A DNA stretch of 63,123 nt, the filler included, from Collodictyon triciliatum (Eukaryota), in the NCBI GenBank assembly GCA_043381765.1. It is 4 parts of 4 records of this genome, joined end to end, with 100 filler letters (N's around TTAATTAATTAA, not from the genome) between each part and the next. Parts side by side here need not be neighbours in the genome. Positions count along the whole stretch, not along the records: positions 1 to 20,131 come from JBHJMP010001578.1; 3 more parts are not named here. One strand, 5' to 3'. Position 1 is the first letter of the stretch. Every line of letters begins with the position of its first letter. Positions 1 to 13,200 of the stretch are shown piece by piece. The notes under the pieces were generated by a model. That model saw only the letters and a list, made by a program, of their open reading frames with translations, had not been told where the DNA came from and did no database searches. The translations under genes and the position numbers were made by a program.

Positions 1-100
1 TTTTGATTTTTGATTTTTGATTTTTGATTTTTGATTTTTGATTTTTGATTTTTGATTTTTGATTTTTGATTTTTGATTTTTGATTTTTGATTTTTGATTT
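1..100. repeat. (TTTTTGA)n heptamer tandem repeat, probably in a DZIP1-like intron
   Basis: About 14 perfect units visible directly. Confidence 0.95.
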
Positions 101-193
101 GAAAAGATAGGTGAATGATTCTTTAAAGACAGAGAAATGGCTTCGGATGGGTATTTCCTCTCATAGAATAATGCAATGTGTGCAAAAAAATAC

Positions 194-853
194 CATCTTT
201 TTCGACCTTTGCGAAGCATATGTTTTCTAGATTAGACTGCAGAGTTGATATGTCTACCTTCAATAGAAATGCACGTTAAACCAAATATGAAAAATAGTAC
301 AAAGAGAATGAATATCCCTTGCAAATAACTAGGAATGGTATATGCAATCACGTGATGCGGGTAAGCAATGTCTCTATTCATGGTGTCATTATGAATACTT
401 TATTAAAATATATAGAGAAACAAGAGCTTATTTACGATTTATTTACATGCCTAACCGTTTCGAAATGATGATGATAATGATGATAATAACAATAATAATA
501 ATAATAATCAAAATGAAAATAATAATGAAAATAACAAGGTCTGATAAAAAAATTCCGAAAAAAAAGGGAGCAAAATAGACAAATAATTGGGCAGTAACGA
601 AAACAACCTCGCGCACGATCCGTGGGATATCTGCAGCCGCTAAAGAGCGCCAGTTCAACTTGTTTTGCCTTGTCCGAAACGAAAAGTTTGGCAGCCCCGA
701 AAGAACGCTCTCTTTCCGACTTGTCCTTCGGCCCACCTGGGCTTGTCTTTCCCGCGCAGCTCCTCGCAGGACATATTCTGTCTGGGCCGAAGTCTCTGCT
801 CGAGCATCAACACTTGCTGCAGTTCCTTTCGAGGCCCAGAAGTATTGCGACAT
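194..853 (-). CDS. DZIP1/Iguana-like ciliary protein, N-terminal exons (gene continues left of the window)
   Basis: Exon 853-608 joins exon 257-194 in frame over a GT-AG intron, giving FSFRTRQNKLNWRSLAAADIPRIVREV-DISTLQSNLENICFAKVE. This resembles the Dzip-like_N motif (F.FR.R...DWR.L.A.D...V....D..TLQ.NI..ITF). Confidence 0.75.
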
Positions 854-1226
854 AGCCCCCTATATGTCACCCTTCTTGAAAAGCTGAAGGAAGCCACTTA
901 TAACGAAGTCTCTCCAAACGCGGCCGTCTCCTTCTCTCCCCGCTGCTCGTGCCGAACCCACACGCCCTCTGCGCCAGATAAAAAAAAAAGTTGCAAAATT
1001 TTCTTTTTTCATAAATTCCACACAATGATTGTTTCTTTGAATATTTTTGGAATTTAAATGCAGAATATTAACCTGCTATGTGCACTTTCTTTGTACAGCA
1101 TGAATGTTTTTTTTCTTTCTCTGCCCTTTGCTTCGGCTGTTTTAAATCAGATATCCCCATAGACCGAATCTTTCTGATATCCACGAGCGAAGAGAAACTG
1201 AAAGACACACACTAAGGCGCACATAC

Positions 1227-1257
<31 letters not shown>

Positions 1258-1568
1258 AAAGAAAAGAAAGGAAAAAAGGTACAAAAAAAAAAAGCAGGGG
1301 CAGCGAGTAGCTCACAAGCCTCAACCGCAGCTCCATGAAAGTGTCGGGCATTTAAGCTTTTTCCAACTCATCTTTCTCAGTCTCACTCTCGATCACTCAC
1401 GCTTGATCGAACTGCGCTCCTGGCATGTCGAATAAAAGAGAGGGAGGCTTGCAACAAATCTTTTTTTTGTGAACGCTACTTTTTGTACACAGCTTCTTAC
1501 ATGAGTCCATTTCCATCCCTTTCTGCTTCAAAGAAGGCCGAACTCCAACGACTGAACGGAATCTCACT

Positions 1569-4500
1569 ATGCCGCCTGTAATGACCATGCGTGGTTTAAC
1601 CACTTTCATCGCCGACCTGCGAAACTGTAAGTACCTTTCTGGAGCCAAAGGATTGATCATAATAGCTTCTTCCTTTTACTTTCTTATTTCGTCCTGTCTT
1701 TCTCGAATGGACAAGCCATTCGGGCTCACAATAATTATTCATGTGATAAAAGGCCAAACCAAAGAGGCTGAAGAAAAACGCGTCAACAAGGAACTCGCTG
1801 CCATCCGTGCAAAGTTCAAGGAGGGTACTAAAATGGACGGCTACGATCGCAAAAAGTATGTTGCTAAGCTGGTCTATATGTTCATGCTCGGCTACGAAAT
1901 CGACTTTGGACATATGGAAGCAGTGCAGCTTCTCTCTGCAGCGCAGAAGTTTACTGAAAAGCAGATCGTAAGTAAACTATCGCTTAAGAAGGCTTTCATC
2001 TCCTTGCTTGAATCGTAATTCAGAATTGTCAAGATGGTTGCATAAAGTTACCCCAGTGTATATATGGCAAGATTATATTCCTGGCGCATGATGTCCAAAG
2101 GATGCATATTTGAAATAATCTCTTTCCCTTCTATCCAAGTAGATTAAATCATCGCTTCTATAGGGATACTTTGCTTGCACTGTGATGCTCCATGAAAATC
2201 ACGAGCTTGTTCCGCTCATCATCAACTCTATCCGTCAAGATCTTCTTGGGCGCGCTGACATTGTCAAAGCCACAAACGATCCCAATGCCCAAAAACTTGT
2301 TGCCACGAACGAGCTTTTCCAGTGCCTCGCCCTGACTTGCATTGCCAATATTGGTATGTTTCTTTGTATATCTTTATGAGGGAAAGCACATTTTTATGAC
2401 AATCTCACTCATTTGCAGGTGGAAAGGAAATGGCTGAGTCCCTTGCGCCCAATGTGCAAAAGCTTCTCGTCGCTGGGTTAGTAACAAGATACATACAGCT
2501 TATATATTCACGTAGTCGTGAGAGAAAGGATTGGGCGATATGCCGAATGAAACTTTTCCTTTTCTTTTTTTTAAAAAAAAAATAAAATTATCAACAACCT
2601 AGAACCTCCCGACCCTCTATCAAAAAGAAGGCTGCGCTTTGCCTGTTGAAGCTTTTCAGAAAGTACCCTGAAATCATGCCCACAGATACATGGGGCGAGC
2701 GCATCATCAATCTTCTTAATGAATACGACATGGGTGTCCTTCTTTCAGTTTCCAGTCTTCTGATTGGTATGATTCAAATGAACCCTGAAGGTCTGGAACG
2801 ATCTGTCCCAAGAGTTGTCCAAAAGCTTTCACAAGTAATTTCTATTGCTCCTGAATGATTTTAAATCTGACTTGTACTAGACTGAAACAGACAACCCTTT
2901 CTATTTTACAAGTTCATCTGTTTACACAATGGATGCAGTTATGTATTATCGATAGGCTCAGCTGTCATTTGCCGCCCTTTTTTTTTCGTTGTAATGTCGC
3001 AGTTGGCCTGATTCTCATTTTTAATTTTTTTTTCTTTTGTGTGCATTTGTTCATAGATTGTGCTCAACAAAGCCTATGAGGGAGAGTATCTTTACCATGA
3101 AGTTCCATGCCCCTGGTTGCAAGTCAAGTATCTTCGTATTTTGCAGCACTTTCCTGCCCCCGAAGATATTGAGGTTCGCAAGAAGCTGAGTGACAGTCTT
3201 CAAAAGATCATTTCGACATCAGATTTCTCCAAGGTATCTCACGGTTTCTTATCTTTGGTTACACAATGTTAACTATCAAAATTGGAAGAGCAGAATCCCG
3301 TGTCATTGATTTCATCTCTGAATAGCTCTACATTATCTAATAAGTTCCCAAAATAATCAGGACAACAACCACAACAATGCCCTCTATGCCATTTTGTTCG
3401 AGGCAATCAATACGATTATCCACTTGGACAAGTAAAAGAAAATATACTAAATGGTGTACTTGCTATCTCATTTATGTAATTTATGTGTCTTTAATACAAC
3501 TAGCAACCCTGAGCTGATGGCTCAAACTGTCACCTTACTCGGCCGCTTCGTCTCCTCCAAGGAGACAAATATTCGGTATTTGGGTTTGGATTCCATGGCT
3601 CAGCTCGCACAGAACCCCGAGTTTGCTGACCAAATCCGCAAGCACCAGGCAATCGTGATTTCGTCTCTGAAGGTATGATTCGGCCATCTATTATTTTATT
3701 TTTATTTTATTTATTTATTGCCATTCCATAAATAGTTTAAGTCGACTCAGCGTCATTACAATATCTAATTAGCTAACCATATTTGACTTTTTTGAAATTA
3801 TCATAGGATGCTGATATTAGTATTCGTCGTCGTGCTCTTGATTTGCTCTACAACATGTGCGACCGCTCCAACAGCAAAACAATTGTTAGCGAGCTGCTCT
3901 CTTACCTTGAGCAAGCCGACATCAGTATCAAAGAGGAACTTGTAATTATCCGATGATATTCTAAATATTGTTCAGAGAATCGTATGTCAAGTACACTCAT
4001 TCATACTTCTCCTATTTCTTTACTTTTTTTTTTGGATTGGCAAATGACTCATTAAAGGTGATCAAAAGTGCTGTTCTGGCTGAGCAATATGCCACTGACT
4101 ACAGCTGGTACATCGACGTCATTCTCCAACTTATTGGTTTAGCTGGAGACTTCGTGTCTGATGATGTGTGGTACAGAGCTGTCCAAATTGTGACCAACAA
4201 CGATGATTTACAAAAGTATGCTGCAACAAACATTTTCCAGGTTAGTCATTCACTCGTGGTGTGTTTATTTCCTCTCTTGGATGATTTGAACAGTGGTGTT
4301 AATGAATAATCCAAAATTCAAGGCACTGATTGTTCCTGCATGCCACGAGACTGTCGTCAAAGTTGCTGGATATATCCTCGGTGAATTTGGTCACCTTATC
4401 ACAGATGCCGAAAAATCAAGCGGTAGAGACCAATTTACCCTTCTGCACTCTAAATTCAAGACTGCAACATGGCAGACTAAGGTGCGATTTCTTCCCTCCC

Positions 4501-7260
4501 ATTATCTTCACGGATGTAAAATCTGGGGGAAATCAATTCTTAAGCAGCTATAAATTTCGACGCAAATGATTTATCTTTACGATTTGACAGGCTCTTCTTC
4601 TGAACACGTTCATCAAATTCCACGACAAATATCCCTCGCTTCGCCGTGACATCGAGGCTGTGCTGAACTCCAACTCGAGCCACATCAACTCCGAAATTCA
4701 GCAACGTGCCTGCGAATATGCTGAGCTCGCTAAGCTAGGTGAACGTGTGACTAAGGGAACACTCGAACTTTTGCCTGCATTCCCAGAGAAGGAATCATCC
4801 CTTCATTTGCGCCTGAAGCAACGCCAGAATGAGACCAAACGCGCCGTTGCAGCTGAGAAAGAGAGAGAGGCAAGCGAATCTCTCATTTACCTTTATGTGC
4901 TGTCGGTGATTTTTATGCTTTACTGCTTACCAGTAGTAAACTTCATTGCTCCTCATCGAAAGAAAACCATGAAGAAGAAAAAAGGGATGAAAAGAAAAAT
5001 AATCTAACCATTCTCATTATTTTTTTCGTGTTTTGACTCATAGAAAGACTCGGAGGAAGAAGTGAAGGTCAAGTTGCCCTCGGAGCTGTAAGTTTTCAAA
5101 GCTGTAGCCGCAGGGCAGGGCGGGGAAAGTAGCTTTTCTTGTAAGATGTTAACTCGATTCTCATATCTTAGCCCCCAATCATCAGCGTCATCCGCCGCCA
5201 CTGACTTGTTGGGACTCGATGATATCCCTGCACCTATCCAAACGAGGTTACTTTTATTGACATCCTCGATTTTTTTTATTTCCTTTATTCGATTCAAAGT
5301 GTTGACATCCTCGATTTAATTATTTCCGACAACCTCACTTTATCAACAAAAACTCTACCGGACATACAGCACAAGACCAGCTGCCCCACTTTCATCCACT
5401 CCCTTCTCAACCTCTGCATCCACCTCTTCCTCCGTTGCTGACCTTCTACTTGGTCCTACACCATTGACCACATCGACTGCTCCTGTGACTCCCTCCTTCA
5501 CGCAATCAGTAAAGGCTGCACCGCCTGCCTCAGCTAGCTCTGACTTACTCTCCGACTTGGCAGATGTGCTGACGTCCACAAACTCGGCTGCGCCACTTGC
5601 TGCCTCTGGTTTGCTTACTTTTCTGGAATCACTTTCTTATTTTTGCTCTGGTATACCGCTTTTATTTTCTCTTTTCAGCCCTTTGTTACTTTTTGAATTG
5701 GAAACCTTGGCAGTAGAGCTCAGCTTTGTCGTTTTACTCAAATAATAGCCAATCTGTCAGCTTCGTATACCCCTCCTGCCAATGTCCTCGCTGCGATGAC
5801 GCCGGCACTCACGGCCTCAACTGTTGGAGTACTCTTTTTACTTTGATTTTTTCGATAAAGAAAAATTAATAAATGAGAATTATACTCATTGTCGGCTATC
5901 TTGATGCGTTTTGGGAAAATGTATAGTACTTTGGTATTTCTTTTATCAACAGACTATTTACTCATTAGGTACTGACACCCACCGCTGCGCCCAATCCTGC
6001 AGCGGATCAATTTTTCCAGCGACTTTGCCTCTACGCGGACGGTGTTTTGTACGAAGATGCAGCTATCCAAGTATTTTATTTTTCATATAATACGAATATG
6101 TTGATTTTATTTCACTATATATTTGATTGTAAAGTCCATGCACTATCACTGACCACTATCATTTCCCTCTTTCTCTTGTCTTCTATATTTTTTTTTTTAT
6201 AAATACCCTCCCAGATTGGTGTCAAATCTGAGTATCATGGTGCTACTGGGCGCATGAGCTTGTTTTACGGAAACAAGAATCGCATGGCTGCCTTGATGAA
6301 ATTCACTGTTACAGTTCAACCTTTCACAGGCATGGGAGAGAAAAAAAAATAATGGAGAATTAATTCCCTTTCCCACTCTTTATATCCTCGGACCGCCATA
6401 GGAACTAACTTTTATACTCAAATATACACTATTAGCCGTCAAGTTCCAACTTTCCCCGGTTCCTGATACCATCCAACCACAGCAACAGACGCAACAGATG
6501 TTCAGCATGGAATGTCTCCAAGAGTTTTTGGAGCCACCGCTTTTGAACATTCAATACATGTATAGGGCAGAATCTTCATTCCATCCGCTAGAATATTACT
6601 CATTTCCCCCTTTATTTCTGTTTAGTAATACATCACCCTCTTGGTAGATGATATGATTTTATCTATTATAGAAAGAAAAACTCGATACTAAAAAGCTTTT
6701 AATTTATTTATTTTTTTACTGTAAAATAGCCAAGAAGGACGCGGTAACACCATCATTGTGAAGCTACCTGTTGTCGCTACCAAGTTTTTGGAACCACTTC
6801 CGATGCAATCTGGTGACTTCTTCAAGCGATGGAAGGAAGTTGGTGAATCTGCTCCTCAGGAATACCAGGGAGTTCAGAAGTCTGCAAAGACTGGGGATAT
6901 TGCTCTATTGACCAAGGTTTCCCTAAAATTCGAGAGCCACTTGCATCCTTGTATTTTTTAAATAAAACCAATGGCGAAGATATTACTAGCCCAACATACA
7001 TCTTTATCTGAAAGCTTACTTAAAATATATATCATCAGATATTCACGCAAGGATTCAAGTTCCATAATCTGCCCAATGTGGACCCCAACCCGGCCAATCT
7101 GGTGCTCACTGCCCAGTTCTCTACCACTAGCGGTAAGACCCCCGCACTGATGCGCGTGGAAACAAACGCGAGCGCACAAATGGTCCGCGTGACTGCCCGC
7201 ACACCCAGCGGCATCCTGACCTCGGCTGTGAAGAGCTATGTCCTTCCACATCTCTCGTAG
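1569..7260 (+). CDS. AP2A: AP-2 complex subunit alpha (alpha-adaptin), about 20 exons
   Basis: Spliced translation gives [83 protein letters not shown], an S/P/T-rich hinge with DLL motifs, and an appendage ([30 protein letters not shown]). Stop TAG at 7258-7260. Confidence 0.97.
5257..5317 (-). mobile_element. Family A micro-retroinsertion (29 bp) with 16-bp target-site duplication
   Basis: TTGACATCCTCGATTT at 5257-5272 and 5302-5317 flanks an insert reading CACTTTGAATCGAATAAAGGAAATAAAAA on the minus strand. It lies in an AP2A intron. Confidence 0.8.
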
Positions 7261-8408
7261 ATGCGCTGAGCACAAGGCACGTCAGGAGGAAGAATCCCTG
7301 GGGGGTGATGAATATCCAATACTCTTTGCAACCACCCTCCACACCACTCCTCAGCGTTACTTCCTGGCTTAAGTCATAAAAGGACACCGCCCAAAAAGCT
7401 AGGCCTGTGTTGCTGATGTGAGATATTGCTCCCTTTTTCTTCTTTCTTCCGTTTTCCCATCCTCCCAGATAGAGTCTTATTTCTTGTCCAAGACTCCTGC
7501 TGCGTGATTGCAATGCGCCGTGGTTGCAGCGCCCTTGGATTGTGCAACTTTTTCATTTCGTGGATATGGGGAAATCTGAGAGGCCGTGGTAAAAGTCGAC
7601 ATGTCTGGGTGGCCGTCCGCCTCAAATCGCGGTGCAGATTTGTGGCAGGACACAAGAATCCCAGAAAAGAATGTCTTCTACGAGGAAGATTGCATGAATC
7701 ATGTAGGAATCCCACAAACACGCTTCATGTTGACGCAACCTGCCTTTCTTCGCATCTGCTTTGCGGTGTTTGACTCGGCGCGATGCAGCAGTAAACATAA
7801 ACAGTCTCCTTGCGAAAGCAACAATGCGCGCGGGTGTACTTGCAACAATGAACCCATTATGGTGTAAAAACGGTAGATAATTCAAATCCGACTTTATATT
7901 TTATATAGATAATACATCCATGAAAGGATTAGTATGTTTATAAAGAGTAAGCATTGATATTTAATAGGTTTAGTACCATAGATTATATATTCCAGATCAG
8001 AGAATGGTATCAATCTAATTTCCTATCTCGATGTGGTGATTGGAATTTCGTCGAATGGCAACGAACACCTTCCTTGCGCCGAGCATTCAAAACGCCACCG
8101 CATACAAATGAATCGTGAAAGCTATTTATCAACATGTGGAACAAAGCGGCATAAAAGTGGCGGCCGCTCTCGTCGAGTAGGTGCGTACACTGAGCACCAA
8201 TCCATGTCACGAGTGAATTGCGCTGCATAGTTCAGATCAAGCTACTTAAGTGGCTGTTACATTGGCTGACTTGGCTTGCCTTTGCCAAAGTCCTGGCTGT
8301 TGTTTGGCTTTCCTTTATACTTTTATATGTGTTTGGGAGCAATTCTTGCCTTTTAACAAGCTAAACATAAGGAGCTTTCACAGACCCAAGCGTTCCTCCC
8401 ACCTCGAA

Positions 8409-9527
8409 ATGGTTCTATTTTACTTCATCACCAGGCCAATCAGGTTCGTAGAATATGAAATAGCTATTTTACTACCTGCACTCCCCCTCCAAAAAAAAAA
8501 AGACTATTCTTGGGTGATGCTTAGTAGTTTAGATTGTGCTTACCGAGGCGTCATTAACTGCTATTTCTTTGCTCCACGTTTCTCCTACTTCAGTGGCCTC
8601 CTGCAGATTTTCCCCTTGTACTACAGCTTCAAGGCGCTTCGTGCTGGACACTCAGCCGAGCTGAACCATTGGATAATGTACTGGTAAGGCCACCCAAAGC
8701 TTTTTGAACACTACATCACGACAGTCACATTTTTATTGCAGAAAGAAAAGCCCACATATGAGGGAATGAGAGGAAATCTGAGATTTAAATTCGCAACTTC
8801 CTGTCTGTTGAAAAAAAAAAAACAATCCAACGATAGCTATGAAAGATCGTATTCTAAAACGACGGATATGCAGGATGATCCAATGTGCTATATCCATGTT
8901 TGAGTCAGTGGCAGAGATCATCGTCGGGTGGTAAGGCCCTCATTTCCAGACTATTTATGGCCAATTTAACTTGTCTATCTTTTATTTTTATTTTTTGTTG
9001 GTATAGCTTGACTCTAAATATCCCCATTTCTTAAAAAAAAAAAAAAAAATGGAATCGAAAGGCTACCCTTCTACTATGAATTCAAACTGCTTGTCAACGT
9101 GTGGATGATACTGCCAGAGTCGAAGGTACTTTTTTTTTTCTTTCATAACCCCCATTCAAAATTAATGAAAGGTAGGCGAAAAAAATCATAAACATGGTCG
9201 AATAAGTCAGCACGACAATCATTTCATGGAAGACAACATAGTCACGTTTTCTTTTCTTTTTTTTCTTCCTGTTTCATCCGTTCCACACCTTTGCTAAAAA
9301 AAAAAAACAATCCTCCGGGTCATTCTCGTGTCTAGCTCGTCACAATACTGTACAACCAATCACTTGTCCATATCCTGGAACAAAACGAAGAGCACTTTGA
9401 CCGGCTTTCCAGCCACGGGACTCGCACTTTCTTGGTATTGCTGCAGAAGGGCGCTGGATTTCTCTTGAGTGTCATGCAAGGACATATCAACCATTCTGTG
9501 GAGGAAGGCAACGACAAAACTCTGTAG
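8409..9527 (+). CDS. TB2/DP1/HVA22 (REEP/Yop1) family protein, 5 exons
   Basis: Spliced product MVLFYFITRPISGLLQIFPLYYSFKAL...HWIMYW...ISMFESVAEIIVGW-LPFYYEFKLLVNVWMILP...ILYNQSLVHILEQNEEHFD has the P.Y.S.KA / WL.YW / PFYYE.K motifs. Confidence 0.9.
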
Positions 9528-10076
9528 ACCATATCGGCACACCCCATCTGTTACACATTTCTCATCCACTCTGAGTCCTTTCCTTTTCCTTTTCCTTTTC
9601 CTTTTGTCATCTTGTTGTTTTTTGCTCACCTGTATAAACGGCCCGCTTCTGGTCTCTGCTTTGAAAAGCCAACCGTGTTTTGTTTCGTTACGCGATGCGA
9701 CTAGATACGAAAAACTGCGCATAGCCCTTCGCCCCTTCGCCCCTCGCCCACACCACAGCCCAGCCACCAACCGCCCAGAAACGTCTCCATGTCCACAGAC
9801 CTAACCTGGAAACTTTCAACGAGCCTTGCAAAAGATTTTCCACTTTAGTCGACGCAAGAACCGAATCCCCTCGCCCGAAACCAATCCAACGAAACAGTCG
9901 CACAATCACCGCAAATGAAAAAAAAAAGAAAAAGAAAAACAACACGAAAAACAAAAATTATACGTTGGCGATCACAAACCAAAGACCGCCAGCAACACCC
10001 ACCCCAACAAGACAAATCCCAACCCCACATCCAGACTGAAAACAGCAGCCCCGTTCTCAACCAAGAACAAACAACC

Positions 10077-10148
10077 ATCACCACAATAGCAATTTCCTGC
10101 ACAAAAAGTTGAAAGGAAGAATAAAAAAAAAATCACGACAATAGCAAT
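10077..10148 (+). mobile_element. Family B micro-retroinsertion (about 38 bp, poly-A tail) with 17-bp TSD (1 mismatch)
   Basis: ATCACCACAATAGCAAT (10077-10093) and ATCACGACAATAGCAAT (10132-10148) flank TTCCTGCACAAAAAGTTGAAAGGAAGAATAAAAAAAAA. The insert matches the 3' end of the insert at 27041-27108. Confidence 0.75.
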
Positions 10149-10258
10149 AGCAATAGCAAGAGCAGCAAGTAAGAAGCCAAACAACAAGAACAAGAGCAGC
10201 AACCAAGCAAAGCAACCAAGCAAAACAAAACAAGGACACCGACAACCGCACACACAGC

Positions 10259-13200
10259 ATGGCAGAAGTAAGCGCACGGCAGCTGCAGCAGGAACAGGCA
10301 CTTCTCCTCGAGTCGCTTGTAGAGTCGCTGCGCAACGAGACGGGGCCGACGGACGAGCTCGCCACAGGCGCAGCCACACACGCGGCATCCGCCACAGATC
10401 CGGCCACAGACCCGGCCGACTCGCGAGGCCGCCCTCTGCTCGGCCGCGTCACCCGCTCCAGCCGCCTGCTCGTGCCGATCGAGGCGCACGCGGCCGCCAC
10501 AGCCACAGCCACAACCGGCGCCACAGCCACAGCCAGCCCGGCCACAGCGGCCGTCCCGGTGCGCCTGTCGCTGCCACAACATACCGTACCCTCCCTCGCC
10601 AACGGCCTGCTGCTGACCCCGGACCCGCACCGCCTGCGCCGGCCACGCACCACGCACGCAGATGCACGCGCCCCGACCCACTCGCTTTCCCACGCGCTCG
10701 TGCACGCCGCCCCGCGCCAGCCACCGCCGCCCCACGCGCTGCTGCACCCGGGCGACGCCCCCCGCAAGCGCGGCCGCAAGCCGAAGATTCTTCTGCAGCA
10801 GCTCAGCGCCGCCGCAGCCGCCGCCCATGGTACGTCCAAACGACAAATCCATACTAACACGACTCTTCCCCGTGCGGGAATGCGGGCGGGATGTCGACCC
10901 ACAAGCAGGCGCGCCCTGCCCGCCCGGGTATATAACATAAGCAGCCGCATCCCTTGTTCTCTGCCTCTGTGACTCACAAGCAACGTCTTTGCCCTCGGCC
11001 TCTCTGGGCGGCCACGCATCCAGACACCGGCCTGGACGGCGCAGATGCCGCGCGCATGTTTGCCATGGACACGTACTCCCAGGCCACCGTGGTGCGTCCC
11101 GCCCGCGGCTCCCGTGGGTTTGTGCACACGCCGGCCATCCCCCCGAATGCGTCCGAGAAGGCGTATCTCTACCAGACGTACTACACCATCGATGCAAAGA
11201 TGTACCCGGACTCGGCCCTGCATGTCCTCGACCAGGCCGCAAACAAGCCCAATCCGGACTTTGGGCCTGCCTCCGACTTTATGCCCCGTCGCAAGCGCGG
11301 CTCCCTCAAGGCCGAGATGCTGGCCCGCGCCCCAGAGACCTTCTTCCCCTCCGAGCCGTGGGAGTCTCATCCCCTGGCATCTCACGCTCATGCGCACGCG
11401 CATTCCCATTCCCATTCCCAGTCACATCCCCATTCTCACGCTCAAGGCCAGGCCCGTGTTCCTGGAGACCGAGAGCGTGATGCGGCCGGCGATGCCGTCA
11501 TGGCCACGCAGAGTGAGTTGCTGCCCCAGTCCGCCTCTCTCGTCCTCGATACGTCCCAGGGCTCCCTCGAAACCTCCGTCACGATTGCCCAGGACGCCTC
11601 CTTTGAGGCCGAACACATGCCCCCGCCTGTCAATAAGCCCCCGCTGATCCCTCACGTCAATGTCGATACTGTGGTTGGCCCGTTACCCGGTACTTTATCT
11701 TACCCACATCCACACACAGAGAAGAAACAAAGAAAAAAAAAACCAACTGTTCTCTTCGGTTCATATGATGCTTTCTGTCATCCTGTATGGTTAACGCGTA
11801 AAAAAAAAAAAAAATTCTTTTCGTTCGTGGGTATAGAGCCCGCAAGGACGCAATTGGACCACACCGCTGCGATGGACCAGGCACCCTATATTCCAAAGGC
11901 CCTGTTGCGTCTCCATTCCTATCACAATGACCCAGAGGACGTTCACACCCATGTCTGGGCAAGTACATTCTACAAGTCTCGTCTGCAAGGGAGCGAAGGT
12001 AAGCTCTTATGTCTTGCATGTTGCATGGGATATGCATGGATTCCCCACCTCACTACTTCGTTCCTTGCTGCGGATTCGCTCCTCACCGATTTCCTCTGTT
12101 TATGAACTAATTAATCCTTTCAATATGCAGAATACACAGATGTGTTGGTGACCGCAGGTGGATGCTATTTATGTTTTTATGATTGCGACACAGGTCGTGT
12201 AAGTACTTGATTTTGAATCGAGAATTCTTTGATTCAATATTTGAACCCCTCTTGGTAATGGGTGGTAATACATTTCCTTGTCGTCTGCTTCTAGTGAATT
12301 TTTTTTTTCAAACATCTCTTGCTGCACCGTGATTTTCTTGTTGCTTTTGTCTGCACATTACAAATGCCTCCCCTCATTTACAGCTGTTGAAGAGATTCCA
12401 ATGCCTGAAGAAAGATGACCTGTATGCGTTCGATTGGACTTTCCTTCCCGACCTCAAAGAAGATGTATTTGTTGCTGGAGGTCTGGGCCCAATCCTCATC
12501 TACTGATTTTATCATTACAATAATAAATGAATGGATATAATAGCACACAACGTGATCTAATTAATTTTATTCTTGAAAATTATGAATCAGTAATATCTTT
12601 CAAAAAAAAAGAAGAAGGAAAAAATGACACAATCAGTTTTCGTTCGTCATGAAATTAAATGATTACTTTGCTCACATCTAGGTCGCCATGGGATCTTACA
12701 TATTATACTCCCGAAGCAAAATGCCTGTATTGAGTCCCTTAAAAGTATGTACTTCTCCACTTTTCTTTGAATTCTTCTCTTTTGTGTCGATGAAGGCAAT
12801 ATATCCGCGGTTAATGATTTATCTGTCTGATATTTTTTTTCGATTTTTATATATCCTGCATATTTTGAAATTGCACTACTTTCCGTGAACAGCTAGCATG
12901 AAAGAAATCAACTCCATGAAGTTTATGAAAAAGGACAGCAATATACTAATGAGTAAGTGGAATTCGTCTTGGGTTATCTACTGGAGGAACAACCTCCTTC
13001 AGAAACTATTTTTCTAATGTTTCATTTGGTCGTTGATTTGTTTTTGTTAATTTTACTTTTAAGCGCTGATATTTTGTGTATCAATGAAAGAATATCAAGA
13101 GAACCGAAAAAAAAAAGGAATTAATATGAGGAATGTTTTTCTCTTTTTTTAAAAAAAAAAAAGTTGGTTCTGGTGATGGTTCCCTCCAAGCATGGAAAAT

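Noticed and set aside
1-100. (TTTTTGA)n as a telomere repeat
   Set aside because: It lacks a G-run, lies inside an incomplete gene, and resembles the other intronic SSRs.
5840-5865. ACTTTGATTTTTTCGATAAAGAAAAA as a decayed family A copy (also about 12210)
   Set aside because: Too degenerate to separate from AT-rich background, and there is no TSD.
9972-11655. Long overlapping and antisense ORFs (445 aa, 369 aa and others), similarly at 14211-16789
   Set aside because: These are shadow ORFs caused by high GC and stop-free simple repeats over the LRWD1-like and MRPL4 genes.
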